IMG/VR virus record: IMGVR_UViG_3300023202_000247
Coordinates: 62,001 to 126,000 of that record
Length of the DNA stretch: 64,000 nt
Strand: one strand, 5' to 3'
Shown one piece after another: positions 46,993 through 55,146 of this stretch. The notes beneath the pieces are model-generated. The model made no database searches. It was not told the DNA's origin and was given only the letters and a program-made list of their open reading frames with translations. Every line of letters starts with the position of its first letter. Positions within the stretch are counted from its first letter, which is position 1. A program made the translations under genes and the position numbers.

Positions 46993-48588
46993 ATGAAAAA
47001 GAAACTACTTTACAGTATTCTTGGAATTGCAATTTTTCTGCTCTCTGCAAGACTCATCATCCCGTATGGAGCAAAACTATACGTTGAAGACAAGTATGGC
47101 GTAGAGATAAGCCACTGTAAATTTGATGGGCTGGCTAACCTAGAGTTCATCAACATAACTAGCAACAATATTAAACCCTTCAATGGTGCTCTTAAAAGGG
47201 TAAGTGTTGATTGGTTTCAAAAAACCATAAAGATTACGGGTGGTTATGTAAGATATAACTATGGAGATAAAAAGAGGGCGATTAGTAACAACAGCCATAA
47301 AAAATGGAATGTTGCTGTTTATGATTTAGATGTGTATATTGCTCATGATTTGGGCACCATTAGTTTGCAAGATGTCAATTATTACCATGGTGTTGTGTTT
47401 GCAGAGCGTGCATTCGGTAATTTGAATCGAATAAGATTCGACGCAACTGGTTTGAAATATATGGACGAAATTGTAGCTGTTGAATATGCTACGGTGTACC
47501 ATAATTATGATATACAACTACCAACGTTTAATCCTGGAAAAAAGATAAATATTACTAGGGTAAAGTTTTCCATACCCAATAAAAAGGGATACATTGGTAG
47601 CGCTGAGTACGGTCCGATTCAACTTGGCAAAGCCGAGATAAGTACAAGCAACAATCAGATAACGGCAGATATAAGTGAAATATCTATAAAGCATAATTGG
47701 TTTGGAAAAGAGCGTGTAAAGTTTAAGGACATTGCGCTCAAGTATATTGGTGATAACAAAATTCGTTTGTTTAATCACGGTGCATCTGCTACGATTGATT
47801 TGAACGAGTTATCAATCAAAGGTTCCGGGTCTTGTCTTGATTGGGTAGCTATGGCACCCAAAATTGATTTTACAAGAATCGAATCTTTAGATGATTTTTA
47901 TTTTATTGGCAACCTCTCATTTGAAGTTGGTATCAAACCACCGGTATTTAAACTTGAACAAAATTGTCAGTTTAAATGCTCGTCTCATTTGATTCGTTTT
48001 CTTTTTGCACCAGAGGGTTTTGCCTATGTGGCTTACAAGCCTGATGGTAAAAAGTATATTAGAATAACAAGTCCGTCGAGAAAAACCTGGATTCCTCTTG
48101 AATCTATCAGTCCACATGTGGTGCGTTCTGTTGTTGCTTTGGAAGACCCAGGATTCTATAGTCACAAGGGTATCATACCCAATGCTTTGAAGAATTCACT
48201 CATTGCAAATCTTCAGACGGGTAAGTTTAGCCGTGGTGGTAGTACGATTACTATGCAATTGGCTAAGAATCTTTGGGTTGGGCGTGATAAAACCATAACT
48301 AGAAAAATACATGAAGCCATGATGACCATGGCATTAGAATCATGTATGACAAAAGATAGAATATTGGAGTTTTATCTCAACGTTATAGAGTTTGGTCCAA
48401 AGATATACGGTATCGGCGCTGCATCACAATACTACTTCAATAAATCACCAGCGCTATTAGATGAAACTGAAAGTTTTTATCTAGCAATGATCCTTCCACG
48501 TCCCAACTCTTCCGCCCCGCCAAACCAGGGTGGATTAATTTACGCACGTAAGTTACGAGAAAGATTGAAGAAAAATGGCGGAATATAA
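46993..48588 (+). CDS. peptidoglycan transglycosylase (GT51) domain protein
   Basis: EDPGFYSHKG, GGSTITMQLAKNL, RKIHE, KDRILEFYLN, YGIGAASQYYF; N-terminal TM. Confidence 0.9.
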   Translation: MKKKLLYSILGIAIFLLSARLIIPYGAKLYVEDKYGVEISHCKFDGLANLEFINITSNNIKPFNGALKRVSVDWFQKTIKITGGYVRYNYGDKKRAISNNSHKKWNVAVYDLDVYIAHDLGTISLQDVNYYHGVVFAERAFGNLNRIRFDATGLKYMDEIVAVEYATVYHNYDIQLPTFNPGKKINITRVKFSIPNKKGYIGSAEYGPIQLGKAEISTSNNQITADISEISIKHNWFGKERVKFKDIALKYIGDNKIRLFNHGASATIDLNELSIKGSGSCLDWVAMAPKIDFTRIESLDDFYFIGNLSFEVGIKPPVFKLEQNCQFKCSSHLIRFLFAPEGFAYVAYKPDGKKYIRITSPSRKTWIPLESISPHVVRSVVALEDPGFYSHKGIIPNALKNSLIANLQTGKFSRGGSTITMQLAKNLWVGRDKTITRKIHEAMMTMALESCMTKDRILEFYLNVIEFGPKIYGIGAASQYYFNKSPALLDETESFYLAMILPRPNSSAPPNQGGLIYARKLRERLKKNGGI

Positions 48589-49378
48589 CGTTGATTCACA
48601 TTTTTGGAAAGGTCGAACCCATAAGGTTTGTGAAGACTATGCTTTGTCATTTAGTATTCAATCTGAAGAAGTTGCAGTACCTTATATCATAGTATGTGAT
48701 GGATGTTCATCGAGCCCCAACACAGATGTTGGAGCAAGAGTTTTAGCCCATTCAGCGGCGAAACATATCAGCGACTTTGGGTTTGATGATAACTTTACCC
48801 GGCGTGTTATTTATGAGGCCGGGATGACAATTGAATCTTTGGGGCTTAGACAAGAATCACTTGATGCCACCCTGTTGATTGGAAAATATGAAGGTGGTAA
48901 GTTTAGCTGCGAAATCTTTGGAGATGGTGTTATTGCTTACAAAACACCAAATGAACTGGGTATTTATATTGTTGAGTATGAATCAAATGCGCCAGAGTAT
49001 CTAAGTTATAATTTAGATCAGACGAGATATGATGTTTATATGGATGCCACCGATGGTGAACGTAACATTGATAAGATTATTCTTACAGGAGATGATACTG
49101 TAGTACAAGCAGTTAAAGATATAGAAATTCCAGAAGATGCTACGATGCTTTCGTTGATGAGCGATGGTGTTTGCTCATTCATGAAGGCGGCCGACACCAG
49201 CACATATAAAAAAGATGTGCAGATGGCACCGGCGTTCATCATCAAACAATTGGTTGATTACAAGATGACTAATGGTGAGTTCGTTCATCGAAGAGTACGA
49301 GGCTTTGAAAAAGCCGCAAAGTCAAATCGATGGTATCATGATGATGATGTGTCAGTTGCAACGATTCATTTACGATGA
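48575..49378 (+). CDS. PP2C-family protein phosphatase
   Basis: GRTH..CED, IVCDGCSS, FGDG, LMSDGV, DDVSVA. Confidence 0.88.
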   Translation: MAEYNVDSHFWKGRTHKVCEDYALSFSIQSEEVAVPYIIVCDGCSSSPNTDVGARVLAHSAAKHISDFGFDDNFTRRVIYEAGMTIESLGLRQESLDATLLIGKYEGGKFSCEIFGDGVIAYKTPNELGIYIVEYESNAPEYLSYNLDQTRYDVYMDATDGERNIDKIILTGDDTVVQAVKDIEIPEDATMLSLMSDGVCSFMKAADTSTYKKDVQMAPAFIIKQLVDYKMTNGEFVHRRVRGFEKAAKSNRWYHDDDVSVATIHLR

Positions 49379-50068
49379 AACTAGAAGTAAAAGGTAAAGG
49401 TCCGGTAACTCTAACCAAGGCCAACTTTGTTGGTCAGGGCGGCGAAGGACAAGTATATGCCAAGAGTGGCATTGCTTACAATGGAAATCTATTTGTAAAG
49501 AATGATGATAGTATCAACTATATAGATTTTACCGAGCTGCCAAAAAATCTAATGGTAAGTCAAAATCAGTAGCAAAAGTGTTGGGTTCAGCAGCATCAGT
49601 TTTTCGTGGCGTGGTGGTTCAGAACCTGCTAGACTCCTGTTATGTAAGCATGTTCCCCATGCCCAACAAGCACGTTCAAATTAGAATCAAAGAGTTGGAA
49701 GGTTACAAAGTAATTGATGGTAAATTCGACTCTGGGGTTTTGATGGTTCTGGCTGCGTCAAAACAAAAGAACAATATTATTTACGATAGATTTGTTTTTA
49801 GATTTGACGATAAGTATGAGAAATATGATATTAGAAAAGTCGATAATGTTGGATCAACACATATCAACTTTGTAGTTCTCGAGACACCGGCATTGTTGTT
49901 TGTCTCAATGAAAATGAAGAAGTTGAGGCATTTTCATCCAAGAAGAATGAGCCTAATATGAAAACAATTAGTGATGATGTTCTAAGTGGTGATATGATTT
50001 TGCACAAAGCTGCAAACAAACTTTACTTTTCACGTGACAATAAACTTTTCTCCATGAGTATGAAATGA
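49375..50068 (+). pseudogene. Ser/Thr kinase-like gene with catalytic core deleted and frameshifts
   Basis: Gly loop VGQGGEGQVY then abrupt switch; pieces 49375..49572, 49578..49961 and a third frame ending SMSMK* at 50068. Confidence 0.65.
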
Positions 50069-50322
50069 CTGAAAGATACGAAAAATTCGAGAACGATCTC
50101 AAAGCACAAATTGAAAAAATCAACAAAAATTACGATGAAGAAGTGAAAAATATTCATCGTGAATACGATGAAAAAATAATTGAAATCAATCAGAAATTTT
50201 TATCTGAAACAGAAAAGTTGAATAAAAAGTATGACCGTTCGACGTGGTGGATGCTCGGCACGATACTCATTCTAAACTTTATCGTCGCTATTACTATCAT
50301 TTTAATTTTAATTTTGAAATAA
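50065..50322 (+). CDS. coiled-coil protein with C-terminal TM
   Basis: ORF track. Confidence 0.6.
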   Translation: MTERYEKFENDLKAQIEKINKNYDEEVKNIHREYDEKIIEINQKFLSETEKLNKKYDRSTWWMLGTILILNFIVAITIILILILK

Positions 50323-50564
50323 TGTCTGGTGACAAAATTGCGCTGATTAATTCGTGGCTCAAGTGGCGTCCACGAGGGTTGGTAATCATGCCGGCAAGAT
50401 CATATAATGGTGGATACTCTCATCCAAATGTCATTCGTTATGAGGGTGATAACCATTATGAAGCTGGTAAATCATTTACATATGATCTAAACAAAGAGCC
50501 AAATAAAAGCCTAATTGTTGCTTTGAAAAAAGCTTTTAACAGGTCAAGTGGTTCAGATGTCTAA
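50322..50564 (+). CDS. hypothetical protein
   Basis: TAATG-coupled start MSGDKIAL. Confidence 0.5.
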   Translation: MSGDKIALINSWLKWRPRGLVIMPARSYNGGYSHPNVIRYEGDNHYEAGKSFTYDLNKEPNKSLIVALKKAFNRSSGSDV

Positions 50565-52416
50565 GATTAAAGAACTAGAAAAGAAAATCAATAAAGCGCG
50601 TCATGATTACTACAATCATCAACCAACAGTTGATGATGACGTTTTTGATGCTTGGGTTGATGAGCTAACCGAACTCGATCCAGATAACGAATCGGTAACA
50701 GCGATTGGTGCCGATATCGTTAGCAACTGGCCAGAGATGGTACATGATGTACCAATGGGTTCATTGAATAAAGTAAATGGACCAGATGCATTTGGCAAAT
50801 GGGCTGAAGATTGTGAGACCGTATCTGATATCTTTGGCACTGAAAAACTGGATGGCATCAGCATCAACACCATTTGGAAAGATGGTATTCTCGTTCATGC
50901 AGTTACCAGAGGTAATGGTAAAAAGGGTGAAGATATTCTACAAAACGTTCGCCGAATGGAAGGTGTTCCGAAAAAGCTGAAGAACTTTTCTGGTAATATT
51001 CGTGGAGAAATCATTCTTCGCAAAAGCAAATTTGAAAACGTTGCTGATCAATACTCCAACGTTCGTAACGCTGCTAGTGGCATTGCTCGTCGTTACGATG
51101 GCAAAGGGTCTGCCATTCTCACAGTGTTGTTCTATGAGATTGCTGATGAATCATTTGACACCGAACAAAAACAATTTGATCGTTTGAAAAGCCTCGGCTT
51201 GATGACACCGAACCATTGGCACTTCAACGATGTCGCTGCCGCCATTCAAAAGTGGCAAGACTATATGTCTTCGGAACGGGACAAACTTGATTATGATATT
51301 GACGGCTTGGTGTTACGAGTCAATGATATGAATGCTCAGTTTGCCTTGGGAGAGAAAAGTCATCGCCCCAAGGGAGCAATTGCATTTAAGTTTGATGCTC
51401 CAAAAGCTACATCGATTCTGAGAAAGATTACATGTCAAGTTGGCAACACTGGTGCTATTACTCCAGTTGCTGAGTTTGATGAGGTTACACTTGCTGGTGC
51501 TAAAATAACTCGTGCCAGTCTCTATAACTTCAAATATGTTGATGAGTTGAAAGTGGGGCCTGGTGCAGAAGTTCTCATCGTCCGAGCAAATGATGTGATT
51601 CCTCGTGTAGAGAAATGCATCAAACCTGGTCGAAAGTTTACTCCTCCCGATAAATGTCCAGAGTGTAGTTCACTCACCAAGTGGAATGGTGAGTACCTGA
51701 TGTGTACGAATGTTCTTAGTTGTCCTGCGCAAACCATTGGACGATTGAAGATTTGGATTCGTGAACAAAACATTTTGGAGTGGGGAGACAAAGTTCTCAA
51801 ACGTCTAATCGATGCTGAACTCGTTAGAGATGTTGGCGATCTTTACACCTTAACAGCGGATGACATTCAATCGTTAGAACGCATGGGTGAAAAGAGCGCA
51901 AAGAATCTCGTTGCCATCATGGACAAACATCGCAATCTTCCGCTCGAAAACTTCGTTGGCGGCCTTGGTATCAACGGTATTGGAACGTCCATGGTAAAGC
52001 TTGCAATTCGTGCAGGTTATGATACTTTGGATGCATTAAAACAAGCTAGCGTATCTGATTTTTCATCAATCGATGGATTCGGAGATATCAAGGCTGAGCA
52101 ATTTGTTGAAGGTTTGAGTAAAAACTCGAAACGTATGGACGCAATTCTTGCGGCCGGAGTGAAAATTGTTGCACGTCAGAAAGGTGTGCTAACGGGAAAG
52201 AGCTTTTGTTTTACTGGCAAAAGCGCCAAGCCTCGTGCTGAATTGCATAAGATTGTTGAAGGCGCTGGTGGCGATGTGAAAAAGAGCGTCGGCAGAGGGC
52301 TAAACTTTCTCGTATTGGCGGACCCATCTTCTGGTAGCAGTAAAGCTAAAGCCGCAAAGAAACTTGGAACCAAACTCATTTCCGAAGATGAGTTTTTGAA
52401 AATGGTAGGTATGTAA
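50557..52416 (+). CDS. ligA: NAD-dependent DNA ligase
   Basis: YYN, MGSLNK, EKLDG, TRGNG, RGE, DIDGLV, AIAFKF, OB, Zn finger, HhH, BRCT. Confidence 0.96.
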   Translation: MSKIKELEKKINKARHDYYNHQPTVDDDVFDAWVDELTELDPDNESVTAIGADIVSNWPEMVHDVPMGSLNKVNGPDAFGKWAEDCETVSDIFGTEKLDGISINTIWKDGILVHAVTRGNGKKGEDILQNVRRMEGVPKKLKNFSGNIRGEIILRKSKFENVADQYSNVRNAASGIARRYDGKGSAILTVLFYEIADESFDTEQKQFDRLKSLGLMTPNHWHFNDVAAAIQKWQDYMSSERDKLDYDIDGLVLRVNDMNAQFALGEKSHRPKGAIAFKFDAPKATSILRKITCQVGNTGAITPVAEFDEVTLAGAKITRASLYNFKYVDELKVGPGAEVLIVRANDVIPRVEKCIKPGRKFTPPDKCPECSSLTKWNGEYLMCTNVLSCPAQTIGRLKIWIREQNILEWGDKVLKRLIDAELVRDVGDLYTLTADDIQSLERMGEKSAKNLVAIMDKHRNLPLENFVGGLGINGIGTSMVKLAIRAGYDTLDALKQASVSDFSSIDGFGDIKAEQFVEGLSKNSKRMDAILAAGVKIVARQKGVLTGKSFCFTGKSAKPRAELHKIVEGAGGDVKKSVGRGLNFLVLADPSSGSSKAKAAKKLGTKLISEDEFLKMVGM

Positions 52417-52709
52417 TGGACCAAAGTTTATTAAATAAATTTTACCAAAACAATCTAAGTAAAGATGATATTGTAAATATAGTAAGATATCATGTTAGAT
52501 CCGGAATTTTGTATTATATAGATAATCTCCTTTACAATTTGGATGTTGAAAAAGTTAATCCAACATTATTGTTAGAAATGATAACAACAATTAAAAGCGA
52601 ACATAATGTAAAGAATCTTGCAATGTGGACTTACTTCATTGATCAGGTAAAAGATAAACATCCAAGTATCAAGCAAAGGTTGCGCTGGGCTCTCGGCCAG
52701 TACCCTTGA
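52416..52709 (+). CDS. hypothetical protein
   Basis: TAATG coupling. Confidence 0.6.
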   Translation: MDQSLLNKFYQNNLSKDDIVNIVRYHVRSGILYYIDNLLYNLDVEKVNPTLLLEMITTIKSEHNVKNLAMWTYFIDQVKDKHPSIKQRLRWALGQYP

Positions 52710-52724
52710 GCATGTTCATGACAA

Positions 52725-53534
52725 ATGACTAAAAGTTTTTCTGAGCGTCAAAAAGAGTACGAAAGTGCTTACGACCAAACTATAATAAAAAGAATACCGG
52801 TTATCATCAGGGTAGATGGGAAAAACTTTTCTAAAGTAACGAGGAAATTATCACGTCCTTATTGTCATAAAATGATGCGCACCATGCAAGAAACCATGCT
52901 GTATGTTGCGCGTGATTTGGGCGGATGTGTTTTTGCCTATACTCAAAGTGATGAAATATCATTCGTTCTACGAAACGATCAAGAATTAGACACAGAGCCG
53001 TGGTTTGGCAACCGAACTCAAAAGCTGAGTTCTGTGGTTGCGTCGATGACTACTTATCATTTTAACAACTTGGTAAACAATAGTCTCGATCCTCCGCGAC
53101 TGTGCGGTATGCCCTGCTTTGATGCTCGAACATTCGGTGTGCCCGACTTCAATGAAACGATAAACAATCTATACTTCAGACAAACAGATTGTAGACGAAA
53201 TTCTATTGAGGGAGCTGCTAGAGCTGAGATTAGCAAAAAGGTTGGAAGTAAAACTGCTAGAAAAATGCTTCACAAGAAAAGCATTGATGAGCAGTTAGAT
53301 ATTCTATATGATATGTGTCACATAGATTATGACCAGCACTATCCTGTAGAGTATCGCCATGGATCTGCCGCTTATCGTGCACCATGTGTAACAGATGATG
53401 ACAGCCCCAATAGAACAAAATGGATCATAGATCGAAATCTATCGTTGATGAATAAACAACGAAAATTTCTTTTGACCATTTTAGAATATGGTCAAGATAT
53501 ATTCAGGCCAGAACGTGATATCTCTGAAAATTAA
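52725..53534 (+). CDS. thg1: tRNA(His) guanylyltransferase Thg1-like (3'-5' polymerase)
   Basis: IRVDGKNFSK, YTQSDEISF, FGNRTQKLSS, FDAR, RQTDC.RNS. Confidence 0.92.
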   Translation: MTKSFSERQKEYESAYDQTIIKRIPVIIRVDGKNFSKVTRKLSRPYCHKMMRTMQETMLYVARDLGGCVFAYTQSDEISFVLRNDQELDTEPWFGNRTQKLSSVVASMTTYHFNNLVNNSLDPPRLCGMPCFDARTFGVPDFNETINNLYFRQTDCRRNSIEGAARAEISKKVGSKTARKMLHKKSIDEQLDILYDMCHIDYDQHYPVEYRHGSAAYRAPCVTDDDSPNRTKWIIDRNLSLMNKQRKFLLTILEYGQDIFRPERDISEN

Positions 53535-53892
53535 ACCTGATAAGTTCGATAGTGAGCTTACAGAAAAACAACTTGACGGCATTCAAAGCGTTTTGGAAAA
53601 CTCTTGTACCGGAAGGTTTTGTATAAGCAGATCCAAATTATATGAAAGTGTTAAAGATTTATTAGGCATTACTCTCGAAAAATATAGATTTGAGCGTGAA
53701 ATTACTAAAGCTATAAAGAATGGCAGCTTGAAAGGGTTTGAAACCAGACCCGGTAAGAGTGGTGGCATATGTAAAGCTGGTGTGTTTGACAAGTCTGAAC
53801 AGAAGCATCAGTGTAAGCAGTGTCAAAGATTCGAGCGCGAACTTCAATCGCTGCGAGAGAAGGTGCGGCTCTTAAGTGGACAGCACCCTTGA
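53488..53892 (+). CDS. hypothetical protein
   Basis: ORF track. Confidence 0.6.
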   Translation: MVKIYSGQNVISLKIKPDKFDSELTEKQLDGIQSVLENSCTGRFCISRSKLYESVKDLLGITLEKYRFEREITKAIKNGSLKGFETRPGKSGGICKAGVFDKSEQKHQCKQCQRFERELQSLREKVRLLSGQHP

Positions 53893-53988
53893 CAAAGTCA
53901 ACAGATGAGTTAAGTTGTGGTGACTGGAGTTTACAGCTCCACTGGAATAAAAAAAGTCGCTTGACAAAACCAACAGATGAGTTAGATT
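53889..53988 (+). promoter_or_regulatory. tandem near-identical promoters
   Basis: TTGACA 53889 N16 TAAGTT; TTGACA 53961 N16 TAGATT; both spacers contain caacagatgagt. Confidence 0.7.
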
Positions 53989-53991
53989 GTC

Positions 53992-54516
53992 TTGTATCAG
54001 CAAGGAATATCTCAAATGAGTTACGATAAACAATGTTTACTAAACGACACTGACGAGGATGTATTCTTCGTCGATGATGAAGCCAAGATGCCTGTTTACT
54101 TGAAGGAAATTCGAGACGGGGAATACATTGGCAAGCTTCAGTTCAATGGCACATTGGATTTTGAAGACGGCCTAACGTTCATGATCTTCACTGCCGACAA
54201 GATGGAGGAGGAAATCCAGATTGGTCCGAGTGATCCGAGGCGTTCTTCTCCCCATCGTGATAAGACGATTGAATTGGATAGGAACAGGATTCTGATTCGA
54301 CTCGAACAAAAAGAAGATCGTGATGGAAACATCTATCATTTTGCAGAGGTTCAGTGTCCAATGGCTGTTCTTCATGCACGACGAGGATTGTTTTTCCAGA
54401 TAAACACCAACACTGATGAAATGTGGATCTCTCGGCTCCGAAACCGGATGCGCCGCTTTCACCGAAATTCCGTTGACAGGCAGCCCCATTCGCGCTACGA
54501 TGAGCAGCACGCATAA
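53992..54516 (+). CDS. hypothetical protein
   Basis: probable start ATG 54016 with RBS aagga. Confidence 0.65.
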   Translation: MYQQGISQMSYDKQCLLNDTDEDVFFVDDEAKMPVYLKEIRDGEYIGKLQFNGTLDFEDGLTFMIFTADKMEEEIQIGPSDPRRSSPHRDKTIELDRNRILIRLEQKEDRDGNIYHFAEVQCPMAVLHARRGLFFQINTNTDEMWISRLRNRMRRFHRNSVDRQPHSRYDEQHA

Positions 54517-54970
54517 GGAAAATAAAATGATGAATAAAAATGTACGCTACGGCTACTTTACGGTCGATACGCCCAAAGGCAAAGGATATGTTTGTGTTCG
54601 TTTGCAACGACTCAAGTGTTTCTCAGATACCGCACCTATAAATGCAGAGGCAACCTTTTCTTTTTGCTCTCCAATGGATGCGCCGAAAGAGCCGTCTGAG
54701 CTTGGAAAGAATTTCAAGCGAAAGGCTCGGGCCATTGCGGATTCTCGAGCTGAATCAAATCGTATCAACCAAAAGGTTGAAATTCAGTTCAACCCTTCAA
54801 TTTCGCAAAGTATTCTCTTTAGAGAAATCTTGAACAAGGCGACCCAGGTTGATTCCGAAAAGAAGGATAAAAACGGTCGTCACTACAAAGTTGCTCCAGA
54901 CTGGGTGCGTAATGCTATGAAACAAGAAAGGGTTTCATTTGGGTTGCCCACCTCTAAACCATCAAACTAA
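54416..54970 (+). CDS. hypothetical protein
   Basis: probable start ATG 54528 with RBS aagga. Confidence 0.65.
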   Translation: MKCGSLGSETGCAAFTEIPLTGSPIRATMSSTHKENKMMNKNVRYGYFTVDTPKGKGYVCVRLQRLKCFSDTAPINAEATFSFCSPMDAPKEPSELGKNFKRKARAIADSRAESNRINQKVEIQFNPSISQSILFREILNKATQVDSEKKDKNGRHYKVAPDWVRNAMKQERVSFGLPTSKPSN

Positions 54971-54989
54971 GATCATGAGCGTATTGTAA

Positions 54990-55068
54990 CAAAGGATGCT
55001 ACGTTTCTTAAAACTGTAGACTATCGCGAGATGCAATAAAGGATGCTGTGCTCCTAAAAGTCACAGAC
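54990..55068 (+). CRISPR. mini-array: repeat-16 nt-repeat
   Basis: caaaggatgctacgtttcttaaaactgtagac 54990-55021, tatcgcgagatgcaat, aaaggatgctgtgctcctaaaagtcacagac 55038-55068. Confidence 0.55.
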
Positions 55069-55096
55069 CCCCGTCACACGTTGACGCTCATGATTT

Positions 55097-55127
55097 GAAG
55101 GCCGGTGTCATCATGACACCGGCCTTC
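55097..55127 (+). terminator. strong hairpin after the mini-array
   Basis: gaaggccggtgtca-tca-tgacaccggccttc; no clear U-tract. Confidence 0.55.
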
Positions 55128-55146
55128 GCCTATTGAGGAGATTCAA

